Assembly (NCBI GenBank): GCA_964016885.1
Contig: OZ024743.1
Coordinates: 127,100,001-127,164,000, forward strand
Direction of reading: 5' to 3'
Source of the DNA: Eledone cirrhosa
Taxonomy: Eukaryota
Length of the DNA stretch: 64,000 nt
The position numbers and the translations under genes are program-made. Shown one piece after another: positions 11,540 through 24,300 of this stretch. The notes below the pieces were generated by a model. That model saw only the letters and a program-made list of their open reading frames with translations, had not been told where the DNA came from and ran no database searches. Position 1 is the first letter of the stretch. Each line of letters starts with the position of its first letter.

Positions 11540-14500
11540 TCACATAACACCCCCAAAATCGCACCCCCCACACACATAAAAATTATAAACATAGATAAAA
11601 AAGCATACACAAATTTAAAGACAAAAGTCCCGGAGGTAATTGGGGAATACCAAATGAGACTTTCCAGAAGGATATACGGAGAAATACTTGTAGACGAACC
11701 CACAACTGGCCATGGTGGCAGAGCAACTGTCATTCCCCAAAAAGAAAAAGTTAGGTGGCCTTTCCCAATATTTGTTCTTCTTCATCGAACATGGCTTCAC
11801 TCAGGATAGGCAGTATAGATGCACATGTCCTGGGATTGTCATGGAAGCAGAGTCACCTACTCAGCGATGTCACGTCACTAAACATAGATGTGGTGGCCAT
11901 CAGCGAGACCAGAATTTTTGATGCTCAAACTTTTGCACCTAGTCTTCGGTGGTTACAAGGGGATGAAAGTCATTCGACAGGCTCGTGTGGCGGAGGTGAT
12001 GTGTGGAAACAAAGCCACAATCCAGTCTTTGGTCGACCACAACGGGCGCATAGTACTTGATTCCAAGCAAATGTGAGGTTTTTCAGTGACACTTCACCCA
12101 ATTGTTTGGGAGCGGTGGTGGGTCAAATCAAGGGATGGATTTTAGGGCTTCCTCGATGCCTTCAGCAAGTTAACTTTTAGAAATTCCCACTATTCCTCTA
12201 TATTGTACATCTCTAATTGCTCTTCCTTACTGTCAAAAGCATCAAGTAATATGCTTTTAAATTTGTGGGGTCCTTCAACTTTCATATTCTTCTCCTCAAG
12301 GTAGTCCTCTGTCGTCGAGTACGTCTAGTCCTCACTATGAGGTCACTAACTATTAGGTTATGTTGGGAGGTGCATTCGTCATGAGGCAGGGACTTAGTGT
12401 TTACAACAGACACTCTGTCTCGTCTTCTAGTAAGGATAAAATCTATCTGGCTAGTGTGCTCCCCTGATCAATAGGTGATCGAGTGATTGTCTCGTTTTTT
12501 GAAGTTTGTGTTACAGATAGTTAGGTTATTAGCATCACAGAATTCCAGGATTCTGAAGCCTTCCTCATTTCTAGTACCAAACCCATAGCCTCCATGGATT
12601 CCGTCATAGCCATCACAATGTTATCCAACATGACCATTTAGGTCGCCAGCAATAATTATGTAGTCACTGTCAGTTATCTGGGAGGTAGTGAACATAAGCA
12701 ACTCATAGAACCTCTCTTAAAGCCAGATTGGGGTGCATAAGCAGATATTATTGACACAGTTGTTCTATTTAGAACAAGTCTTATTTTAATTATTCTGTCA
12801 TTCGCTCTATTTACAGCAATTACCTTATCTACCCATTTTTCTACTAACATAATTCCTACTTCACCCAGCCTGTTGTCATTTCCCAACCAGAAAAGTTTAT
12901 AGCATCGTTTTTTACCCACAATGAATCTAGCAGACCCACCTCTCCACCTAGTCTCTTGAACACAACAAACATCAACTTCCTTACGTTCAAGCATCTCTAC
13001 AACCTCATTTTAGCGACCTTTCAATGTACCTATATTCATGGTACCAACTCTAAGGTTTTGGATTTTGCTGGGTGGGAGGAAGGGATGGGATGGGGTACAG
13101 GGCAGGGTGTGGGAAATGGAATTATGTTGGTCTTGATCTTCCATGTCTGAAATAAAGAGGAGTGCTTGCATGCTCGTCCGGTGGCAAGAGGTGAATTTAT
13201 CTTTATCTTTGTCATTGTGACTGCTCAGACTCTCCAGCTCTGTAGTCCATTTAGCATACTGAACAACAATCAGGTCTAAACTTAAGGAGTAGTAGCTGAA
13301 GTGGTGGCTTTGTGATAGAGATTTGCTTACTATAAACTGCTGAGTTTTGATTGGACCAAATAACTATGGTGGTAAGTGGGGGTGGGCGGTAGGGAAATGG
13401 GTAACTTTACAAGATGTAAATGGACTGAGGAGGTGAGACGAGAAGTTAAAAAGGGAATTACATTACTGGTCAATCACAGTTCGACAGTAAAGTTAGGTAA
13501 ATTCTGGTCAACATACAAGCGAAGTGAATTTTATATTTGCAAACAGAAGGTGGGGGAGAGCAGGCAATGTTTACAAGATGTAAGCATATTTTCAAACGTG
13601 TGAGAGATAATAAATAAATAACAAAAAAATAACAAAATTTCAAGAGAGAAAAGATTGTTAGATTCTAGAACAGTCTATAAGGTATAACAATATCTACAGT
13701 GCGTAATTCCGAGAGACAGAAGTATGTTAGATTCTAGTACAGTCTATAATAACAGCATCTACTGTACGTAATTCTAAGAGACAAAAGTATGTTCGATTTT
13801 AGAACAGTCTATATGATAAAATAAAATTAATGGCCAAATGGGCTGAGGAGGAGAGACAATAAGTTAAAAAAGGAATTACATTACTGGTCAACCACAGTTC
13901 GACAGTAAAGTTATTCCACCTCATGCGATACATCATAGAGAGAGTGGCTAAGGAACCTGGCACTGGTGTGGCTTTGATCAATTGAGAACAATCAAAGGCT
14001 TTTGATAGGGTCGACCAGCGCTACCTCGTGACAGTCCTCAAAGCAGCAGGTTTTGGACCTGTTTGCAAGGACTGGATCGCTGCAATGCACAGCGACATCT
14101 GCTCTGTGGATAGAATGAACAGTCACTTTTTGGAACTGTTCAACATCATGCACTCAGCCTGCCAAGGTTGTCGCCTTATTGACTCTTGAGCCATTATTAC
14201 ACAATTTAGGGATGTTGAGGGGCATCCCACGCAAACTAGGATGTGGGAGATCCATGTCGGCATATGCTGACGACGTCACCATAATGGTTTCATGCACCAA
14301 ACACATTGAGATGATCGGCACCACTCTCAATGAGTACGAAGAAGTAACAGGAGCAAAAATTAACCAGGATAAGTTGGTGAGTCTGCAACTCGGAACCTGG
14401 AGAGGCATGTCCATGCTTCCCAACAGCACCGTTAGATGCTGGATGGACAGACCAGTAAAATTGCTCAGTGTCTGGTTTGGACCAGACCTCCAGATGGATG

Positions 14501-15815
14501 AGGTAATAAGCAAGGTGGCCTCTCGCACACAGAAATGGGTTAAGAGGAAGATATCCTTGAAAGGTCGTGCAGAGGTGGCGAACACATACATTGCATTGGT
14601 CATCTACTACCGCCTGACAGTTGTGCCTTGTCCTGGCCTAAGTCTGACTGCACTAGAACGTTTACTCCTTCAGTTTTTGTGGAAGGGTCAGGTTCCATTG
14701 GTCTGGGGGGGGGGGGTCTATCTGCTGTCAACACCCGCTACATGGAGGATTGGGTATGCTACAGCAGATGATGCACAAATATGCGCTGAGGCTACAACAT
14801 CTCTAACTTTCCCTTGATGGTGAACAGGTGTCGTCACCGTTTGCTAGACACATTTTTCCCTAGCTTGTCTCCTTAACGGAGTTGCAATCCTGGGTCAAGC
14901 TTGGAAAGTACAATTGGTGGAAACTCTACTTGACATTCTATAGAGGGTTAGTGGCGAAAAAAACTGACGACATTCTTGGGGAGACTGAAGGCATTGACAA
15001 AAAAAATCAACTATCCATTCTTTTCCAGAGGACTTCCAGTCCAGGGCCCATGGATAATTTCCAGAAATCCCTGACCTGGCAGTGCTACCAAGGAGCTTTG
15101 CCAGTTTGAGATAAACTCTACAGGTATAGAAATGCTGTCAACCGGGCCTGTCCAAGCTGCACACTGGGTGACGAAACCATCCTGCGTACACTCATCAAGT
15201 GTCTGAGTATTGCTGACTTGTGGGTTTATCTCAAACACCTTCTATGACATGTAGGGCGGATCTGACTATCAACTGAGTCTATTGTGAAGAATGCTCCACC
15301 GTCTTCCTTTAGAGTAGGACAGGCAGTTTTTATCTGCCTGGTGGCCATGGCGAAAGAATTCATGTGGCGGACGCATTTGAAAAGGTTGAAGACAACCACT
15401 TTCCTCTTCACTGAAGCTCTGATTAACTTTTTCTGGTTTCACTTCAAGAGGAAAATCAGAGTGGAGAGGGAGTTTGTTGAAAGGTGGGCGAGAGTGGCAA
15501 GCATGTTCCATGTGAATGGGCCTGCCTTCAGTATAGAATATACACCTGTAGATTGGAGAACAACTGGGAGAGGGCACTTTGCCATAGCAGATAAGGATGA
15601 CTATGGATTTTTGTGAGTTTTCTCCATGAATGACCCTTAGAGTCTTCCCATCTTTGGGGAATTTGTTATGCTTATCATTTTTTAAATGTTTATTTTTTCT
15701 TAGTTTCTGTTATAAATTTTATTTTACAAAAAGAACCCCCAAACTGTATTGTCCTGTACCATCTCTAATGTTTCTTTAATGTGAGCCCTGTGTGGCTAAT
15801 AAAGAAATCATATTA
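11540..15815 (+). mobile_element. Decayed Tx1/L1-type LINE in two pieces (11540-12160 and 13915-15815), same family as 55485-64000
   Basis: ORF2 start MASLRIGSIDA, LHLMRYI, SKAFDRVD, SAYADD and the C-terminal Cys region. 3' UTR ends gtggctaataaagaaatcatattatt. Confidence 0.85.
12165..13914 (-). mobile_element. RTE LINE 5' portion (5' UTR with internal repeats plus AP-endonuclease domain)
   Basis: ORF 12674..12994 contains VDVCCVQETRWRG and IISAYAPQ, followed by IAGDLNGHVG and SQIDFIL. Direct repeats at 13418/13837. Confidence 0.85.
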
Positions 15816-16147
15816 TTTTGTTTTCATTTATCTTGCTTTATGTTCACATGAGTTATCACTAAGTCACAACCAGTGACCTCAAGAGACAACAAGGTCTGCC
15901 ACGTTTAAGAAAAAACACATACACACACATGTATCTTTAGGTGTTTACACTTGTGATGTACTTATATTGACAGAATCTTCCTTAGTATATGGGCAGTTCC
16001 CATTAGTACTATCTTTTGTATTTCTTCTATACGCGTTTTTTTTTTACCCCAGTCTGGTTCCTCTCTGAGGGATGCGGCTCTTGTTGATCCAGGTGACGGC
16101 CGATCCAGTATGAGTTTTTATTATTTGACATTGGATTTATTTTGTAT

Positions 16148-17800
16148 GGCAACTACAGAAGTACATAGCTAAAAGTAAACCCCTCTACTTAGCTTTTGTT
16201 GACTAGGAGAAAGCCTTTGATAGAGTCCCCTGCTCCATTATCTGGTGGGCTCTGAAAAAACTAGGAGTGGATGAGTGGCTTGTGAGAGCTATACAAGCCA
16301 TGTATAGAGGAACAGTCAGCAAGGTTAGAATTAACAATGAATATAGTGAAGAATTTAGTGTAAAGGTAGGTGTTCATCAAGGCTCTGTCCTTAGCCACCT
16401 CCTGTATATTATTACCCTACAGGGAGTTTAAGACTGGCTGCCCATGGGAACTTCTATATGCAGATGATCTAACACTCATAGCTGAATCTATGGCTGAACT
16501 AGAGAAGAAATTCCAAACATGGAAGCATGGCCTAGAATCAAAAGGCCTTAAAGTTAACTTGCTTACGACCAAAGTTCTAGTATGTAGAAAGGAAAATAGG
16601 GCACAGGTGCCCTCTGGGAAATGGCCATGCTCAATGTGTAGGAAAGGAGTAGGTAGGAATTCCATTCTATGCCCCAAATGTAAACTATGGGTACATAAAA
16701 GATGTAGTGGCATCACAGGCAAGCTATCTAAGAATGTAGATTTTATATGTGGCAGATGCTCAGGTGCAGTAAGTAACAAGGACCCACTGGATACTAGCTC
16801 CTTCAACTATTGAGATGGTTCTCTAGAAATAGTAGACACTCTTTGTTACCTGGGTGATAAAATCAGCAGTGGAGGAAGGTGTCCTAAAAGTACAGTAGCC
16901 AGAGTTAGAACAGGATGGAAAAAGTTCAGAGAGCTAATATCGCTGTGGCCACAAAAGGTTTCTCTCTAAAAATGAAAGGCAGATTGTATGATGCTTGTAT
17001 ACGAACAGCAATATTACATGGCAGTGAGACCTAAGCATTGAGTGCAGAAGATCTGCGCAGATTGGAAAGGAACAAAGCATGCATGCTCCGATGGATGTGT
17101 AGTAGTATACATGAACAGCAAAATAAACCAACTGAGAAATTAGGAATTAGAGGGATCAGATGCAGTTTACTTGAAAGGAGATTATGTTGGTATGGTCAAG
17201 TGATGCGCATGAAAGACGACAACGGTATAAAAAAGTGCAGGGCGATCAAAATTGATGGAAGCTACGGAGTAGGTAGACCCAGAGAAACCTGGGACGAGGT
17301 GATAAAATCTGACTTTGCACACTTACACCTTTCTAAAACAATGTCACTGGATCGAGATCTTTGGTGCTATGCAGTAATACAGAAGACCAGCCTTCCCTTA
17401 CGTACGAAGTTAAACTTACAGTCAGTAGGCACCCCTTAGCCCAATATACACCTCACCCCACACCCCTACTCCATCGTCCCACTCCACCCTTTCTCTGTAA
17501 AGTTATGTTGGTACCTCAGAACATCAAGTCCACACTGTAAAGTTGTCATGTAGCTGTAACGACAAAAAGTCCACAGTCCACACTGTAAAGTGGTCGTGTA
17601 GGAGACACGGTAAAAAGTCTACCAGTCCACACTGTAAATGTGGTTGGCGTTAGGAAGGGCATCCACCATAGAAAACCAGCCAGATACAGTTCTATACGAC
17701 TGAGACACGGTCACCTGACCAATCTTGCCATCTAACTCATGCTAGCGTGGAAGATGGACGTTAAACGATGATGATTATTATTATTATTATTATTATTATT
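16148..17800 (+). mobile_element. 5'-truncated RTE LINE (RT, PHD insert, 3' UTR and tail)
   Basis: LAFVD*EKAFDRV, ELLYADDL, C4HC3 motif, GRPRETWDEV. 3' UTR with cacactgtaaag repeats and a GAT/TAT tail. Confidence 0.9.
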
Positions 17801-17857
17801 TTTGTCATCATCACTATCATATATAAAAACAACAAAAAGAGAAAAATCCCAACTCAC

Positions 17858-17901
17858 CATTTTTTATCCTCCAGTAGTTGTGAGATAAATTTTGGTATTA
17901 C
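17858..17901 (-). CDS. TGDS: TGDS coding exon 8 (VIPKFISQLLEDKK), 44 nt
   Basis: caaatag acceptor, gtgagt donor. VIPKFI motif. Phase 2 joins the next exon as TG+C = Cys. Confidence 0.92.
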
Positions 17902-17924
17902 CTATTTGAAAGAAACACATAATT

Positions 17925-18312
17925 AAACATTACACATCTGGAACAACAATATAATATCTGTTGGGTTTTAATGGCTGGCACAACAACATTATACATCTGT
18001 TGGGTTTTAATGGCTGGAAGTTGTAGTGCACCTGAGCACTGTACACAATAATTTCATTATTATTACATCTGTTGGGATTTAATAGCAGAAACATTGATAC
18101 ACATCTGTTAGGTTTTAATGGCTAGAACAACAATATCACACATCTTTTAGGTTTTAATGGCAGAAACATTGTTACACATCTGTTGGGTTTTAATGGCCGG
18201 AACAACAATATTATACATCTGTTAGGTTTTAATAGCAGAAACAACAATATCACACATCTTTGGGGTTTTAATGGCAGAAACATTGTTATACAGCTGTTGG
18301 ATTTTAATGGCA
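17925..18312. repeat. Minisatellite of alternating 36/39-bp units (acacatctgttgggttttaatggc...)
   Basis: About 9 units. They alternate between ...agaaacattg and ...gaacaacaatat variants. Confidence 0.85.
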
Positions 18313-18634
18313 ATAAATAATAATTTATCTTATAACATTGAAGGTGAATAGTTTCATAGTAATGTTTTTTTTATTTTTAAAGGGACATAAAATGTAACTT
18401 AAATATATCATCAGCATCATCATCACCCCCACCATCGTCAACACCGCCATTACCACCACCACCATGATGATGATCTTGATCATCATCATTTTTATATCTG
18501 TTTTTCTATGCAGGTATGGGTTAAATGAGATATCATTTATGACAGGTTTTGCTCAACCTGATGCCCCACCTGACACTAACTCATACCTTACTCCAAGTAT
18601 GGTACATACCATTGAACTTTGTCAGACTGCTTCA

Positions 18635-19400
18635 GTGTAGGATGAACTGTTTATAGTGAGGAATTTAACATACAGGTTGGTGTCCACCAGGATACTGTTC
18701 TTACCCCTCTTCTGTTTATTATTGTATTGCAGGCTATAACAGAAGAGTTCAAGACCAGATGACCATGGGAACTTCTGTACGTGGATGATCTTATACTTAT
18801 AGCTGAGCATGGCCATTTCCCAGGGGGCACCTGTGCCCTATTTTCCTTTCTACATACAAAACGTTTGTCTTAGACAAGTTAACTTTAAGGCCTTTTGATT
18901 CTAGACCATGCATCCATGTTTGGAATTTCTTCACTAATTCAGCCGTATATTCAGCTATGAGAGTTAGATCATCTGCATATAGAAGTTCCCATGGGCAGCC
19001 AGTCTTAAACTCTTCTGTAATAGCCTGTAGGGCAATAATAAAAAGGAGGGACCTAAGGACAGAGCCTTGATGAACACCTACTTTTATGCTAAATTCTTCA
19101 CTATATTATTCATTGTTAATTTTAACCTTGGTGACTATATCATCATCATCATCTTCGTTTAACGTCCATATTCCACGCTCGCATGGGTTTGGACGGGAGT
19201 TTTCCCACTTGAGGCAAGAGTGGTCGTCTTGCTCGCATAGGACTGTCTGGCGGGTTTTCTACAGCTGGATGCCCTTCCTAATACCAACGACATTTACAGT
19301 GTGGAACTGGGAGGTTTTTACCGTGTTACCTACACGGCCACATTACAGCGTGGACTGTGTGTTTTTTTGTCGTGACACCTACACGACCTCATTTGTTTCG
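18635..19400. mobile_element. RTE RT fragments in inverted arrangement plus an RTE 3' UTR (minus)
   Basis: Plus fragment 18640-18810 and minus fragment 18808-19135 cover the same VGVHQG..ELLYADDL region. 19140-19400 is a 3' UTR with an (ATC)n tail. Confidence 0.75.
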
Positions 19401-19403
19401 GGC

Positions 19404-19467
<64 letters not shown>

Positions 19468-19701
19468 ATAGGCACATGGCTTAGTGGTTAGAGCATTGGC
19501 CTTCAAAAGGTTGTGAGTTCAATTCTCAGACCGGGTGATGTGTTGTTTCCTTGAACAAGACACTTTATTTCACATTGCTTCTTGCCTATTTCTCCTCCAC
19601 CCCATGTTTTCATTTTTCTTTCTTTTTATTTTCATGTCATCATAAATAAAATTGAATATCATTAAATTATATGAAGTGTTAAAAGAATGTTTTGAAATTA
19701 C

Positions 19702-19761
19702 CTTGTCTGGATATTGGTGGGGTCCATATATATTGTTAGCACGGATCATAACTACAGGTAA
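19702..19761 (-). CDS. TGDS: TGDS coding exon 7 (LPVVMIRANNIYGPHQYPDK), 60 nt
   Basis: cctcag acceptor, gtaatt donor. RxNNxYGPxQ motif. Confidence 0.95.
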
Positions 19762-20573
19762 CTGAGGTGGAGAAAAGTAAGAAACATTAATAATTATTGA
19801 TAAGAACTTGTTGCTATGTATGTGTGGGTAGGTGGGACTATTGCAATTACAGGTAACTGTGGTTGTATGTGTGTGGGAGACAAATGACCTATTGTAATTA
19901 CAGGCAACTGGTGGTAATGTGTGTGTATGGGAGAGTGGGCTACACCACCACCACCACCAGATAGCCAATGCTAGTGGAACACCAACATTCTGACCTTTAC
20001 TGTTCTTCTTCTTAAATAAGATAAAAAAAAGAACGAATTGTTACTGTGACAAGGGACCAAAAAGTGTTTTAGAGCGAGGGCCAAGTGTCTGAAAAGCACT
20101 TCCACATCCTCCAAACTTCCTTTTGGCACTGCTTCTGGGTGTTAAGTTTTTACTGACACACAGCATTACAACACTTTTCTGACAGTTGCTGCCAACACAC
20201 ATGATAGCATAGCTAATTGAGTCATTCTCCCTTCCTAGCATGGCCAATTTCATGGTATAAGTCATTGTTGAACATGGAGATCTTTAAGAGTTCTGCTGCT
20301 TTCCTGCTGTAGTGAACATCTAGCTGTTAAGTTTTACAGAAGTTGTGGGAGTATTTTTTCCCACATTTTTGTTTAAAAAATGAAGGGTGTATTTGGATTT
20401 AAATCACTACCATCATCACTAACACTTCTAACAACAGCATCACCCGCCCCTCCTCACAAATACAAACAAATAATACTACCACCTCCAACAACCATTCTAC
20501 AGACATCAAGAAACCCCACCCCCATCACTAACAACAATAACAACAAAAGACAAAAATAGGCAATATATCTTAC

Positions 20574-20672
20574 ATTGTAAGTTCTCCAGTATGACATGAC
20601 AATGCACTCAGCTGCTGCTTTAGTTGCAGCATATGGATTACTTGGCTGGAAGCAGCTTTCCTCAAAACATAT
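20574..20672 (-). CDS. TGDS: TGDS coding exon 6 (ICFEESCFQPSNPYAATKAAAECIVMSYWRTYN), 99 nt
   Basis: attag acceptor, gtaaga donor. SDR catalytic YxxxK (YAATK). Confidence 0.95.
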
Positions 20673-20805
20673 CTAATAATGAAAGTATATATATATATGA
20701 ATGTATGTATGTATATATATGGAGGCTTATATCCGTAGTAGTAGAGCACTCAGTCCATGGGACGAGTTTGATAGAAGTAGTTCCACAACAGTCAGTTCAC
20801 CATAC

Positions 20806-20846
20806 CGAGAACAAATGTTTCACCATAAGCGGATCTTCAGCTCTTC
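20806..20846 (-). ncRNA. Minimal hammerhead ribozyme motif (CUGAAGA core)
   Basis: Reverse complement gag-CTGAAGA-tcc(gcttat)ggt-GAAA-ca(tt)tgTT-ctc. Flanked by (TA)n tracts. Confidence 0.55.
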
Positions 20847-20948
20847 ATATATATATGTGTGTGTGTGTATCCCGGGTTCAAGTTGGGGGAAACCACAGTA
20901 AGTAAGGTACTCAATACATAGCAGAGTATAAATATCTAATATAGTAAT

Positions 20949-21000
20949 GGCTTCTACAGGACTAGAACTGTTTCATTCGAAGGAAATCATCAGGAAAGCC
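20949..21000 (-). ncRNA. Type I hammerhead ribozyme (left arm of inverted pair)
   Basis: Exact reverse complement of 21021-21072. Confidence 0.75.
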
Positions 21001-21020
21001 ACCATAACACATTGACAGTC

Positions 21021-21072
21021 GGCTTTCCTGATGATTTCCTTCGAATGAAACAGTTCTAGTCCTGTAGAAGCC
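21021..21072 (+). ncRNA. Type I hammerhead ribozyme (right arm of inverted pair)
   Basis: ggctttc-CTGATGA-t-ttc(cttc)gaa-t-GAAA-cag(ttctagtc)ctG-TA-gaagcc. Stem III is ACAG/CTGT and the predicted site is GUA. Confidence 0.75.
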
Positions 21073-21095
21073 ATTACTATATTAGATATTTATAT

Positions 21096-21137
<42 letters not shown>

Positions 21138-21300
21138 GTGTCAAGGGTTTCCGTAGAATAAATAAAGGAGAAAAAGCGCTCTATGTTAAGTACAGTCAAA
21201 ATAATAATATACACATAAATACACACACATATATATAACACAAATACCTTTAATAATACACATATCACACTCAACCTTAATACGGCTTAAATAATACTAA

Positions 21301-24300
21301 CTAGCTGACGTACCCAGCTTCGCCCAGGTAAACAGATGATAAGAGAAGACAGGTAAAAGAGAAAATGACTGTATAGGATGTTTGTCTGGTTACAGTATGA
21401 GGCGAGTCCGTGGTGTCTGTGTGATACAAAAAACAGTAAAAAAAAATCTTCCAGATATACCAGATTCTTCGTTGTACCGTGGTTCATCTTCTGCCTGACT
21501 GTAAAACGTGCATCATTGCATAGACGTGGTTGTTCCACGTTTCTCAAAAGGATGATGGAAGTTCCAATCTTTTATATTATATGTAGATATAGATATAGAT
21601 AATTAATATAAAAGATGTCTGTCAATGTAAAAAAGGTTCCTATTTACTTGAAATGGTTTATACAAATGCCGAATTAATATGGATATGGATAACATGCTTA
21701 TCTATAAGTGGTCAGCTATAATAATAAAACAACAAATTATATGACACAAAAATTTATTCAGTAATTTCCAGGCTCTTAGCCACTGAGTAATAATCAGTCA
21801 ATATTGCTCAGAGTTCAACTCGGGGAGGTGGCCTGGTTTGAACTCCAAATGGCGGATCCTTCTACTTCGAAAATAGAATTGTTTTTCAATATTACTCTAG
21901 CCCTGGCCGGCCATAGGATCCAACCTTTTTATCAGACTCAGCATATGATGAGGTTTTATTGCCACCGCAATCAGAAGCTATAAATTTGAAGGCAATTTCT
22001 ACCAATACTTGTTGGTTTTTATTGCTCATTATCGACAATAAATGACATTGAACAGAAATGATAACTCTGTCAAAGCTCACAATACTGATCAAAGGACACC
22101 AATGTCTGAATCATTTACGTCGAATATTCATAGCAGTGGAGGCAATTTCTACCAATACTTGTTGGTATTTATTGCGCAACATAGCAGTGAAAGCAATTTT
22201 TACCAATACTTGTTTGTTTTTATTGCTCATAACGACATTAAATGACATTGAACATAAATGATAACTCTGTCAAAGCTCACAATACTGATCAAAGGATACC
22301 AATGTTCGAATCATTTACGTCGCTTATTGATAGCATTAAAGATATGCATACATTAGCTCAAAGCTTCATTATAGACAATATTCAGGGTTGTTCCTCTGTT
22401 AGTGGTATCAATTGCAAATTTTATACCATCAGGATCGCACACTCGAGATGCAGCAACATACAGTTGCCCATGGCTGACTGCTGGATCATTCAAGTAGACA
22501 CCGACTCGCTTGAAAGTCTGTCCCTGTGCCTTATTGACAGTCATGGAGAAGGCCAAATTGACGGGAAACTGTCTCCTTTGTCAAATGAATGGCAGCGGAT
22601 CTTCACTTGGTCTCAGCATGATCCTCGGAATGAGAACCGATTCCTCTCTGCCTGGGAGTTTAGCTTCTAAAACTCTTCCGTTGATCAATCTCTCAACAAT
22701 CAATCTGGTACCATTGCAAAGACCCATTTTATGATTGATATTTCTAAGCAATATAATCGGCATACCCTTTTTCAACCTCAAAATATGTGGGGGAAATCCG
22801 GGTATTTGAAGTGAATTCAGTTACTCAGTCGGAACATCCATATTGTTCTGCTGATTAAGCTCCATTGCATCCGCACTGACGATCAACCATTCCTCTCCAG
22901 GAAACATTCTGGCTACTTGTGAATTTATTTAATCGACCGTTGTATTCGTATGAGTTAGAATAACGCGTTCCGATATCCAGGAGATATTCTGCCAAAAAGC
23001 ATTCAAATTAGGGAACACCCAGTCAATCAATGCTTGGCGGTCCAGTGGCATGACGAAATGGTCTGAGATTCTTACAGTCTGATTATCACCAACGTGTGGC
23101 AATTCATCATTTCCCAACTGCATCAACCATCGGCCATATGTCTCAGCCTCTTCGTTTTGCCCGAATATACGAAGTTGCATATTATCGTGCAATCGCAAAA
23201 CTCTGAAATGGTGCCACAACAGGGACTTTTTCAGACATGCATCGACAATTTGCGATCTTTGAGCATTCCTAACAATTGGTAGCACCTGTCTGAAATCGCC
23301 ACCAAGAACGATAGTCTTACCACCGAATGGCAGGTCACTACCGCAGATATCTCTCAAAGTTCTGTCCAATGCCTCCAGCAAATATCTGTGTGCCATTGGA
23401 GCCTCGTCCCAAATAATCAGAGACGTATTGCGTATAAGGCCCGCGAGTTCACTTTGTCCTGTAATGTTACAGACACTCAACTTATCCGGAGCCAATGGAG
23501 CCTTGAAGCATGAGTGGGAGGTCCTTCCACCACTCAGCAAAGTGGCAGCGATCCCACTGGTGGCCACAGGGAGAGCAATCTTCCTCTGAGCTCTGACTGC
23601 CGATAACATAGTGTTGAAACAGAATGTCTTTCCGGTGCCTCCTGGAGCATCTATGAAAACACAAAGTTGCTCATTAGTGGAAATCGAGTGGAGAACGCCA
23701 TCGACCAATTCTCTCTGAGATTGGGTCAACCTTGGCATACGTTCATCCACAATACGTTGCTGTCCCAGTGGATCAAACTGGAATAGTTCCCTCCGATGAT
23801 CGAGTTGCAACCGTCTAAGCTGCAATCTCATGTTCAATGTTAAGACACGTTGCCGCATTTCTTCATCAGGAATTGGCAAATTGAAATCTGTTAAACATTT
23901 GAAATGAACTCCAAGCAATTGATCAATATTGAGCAAAACAATAGCCTTCATCAAATTTTCATCATCGACCTGAAGATGATGCCTAAAATCATCAGCCATA
24001 ATTCCCCAATGGCGTTCAAATAACTCTCTTGGATCGGCAGGATTGCAGAATCCTAAAATCGTGACAAACAACTACTTTATTTGAGCTGGCATTTGTGTTG
24101 TTCCTGCAGCTTCCATGGCGTTATTCCATTCAGCGTCATCCTGAAGGAGTCCCAGATGCTGACACACAGCCTGGTATGTTTCATATTCCACGCCATTGAT
24201 TGTTTTCAAATCAGCGAAGCTCTGTTTACCTCTCGAAAAATCATTTTGCAACAGAATTCGGAGATAAAACACAACACCAGATGCTGGATGGACATTACAA

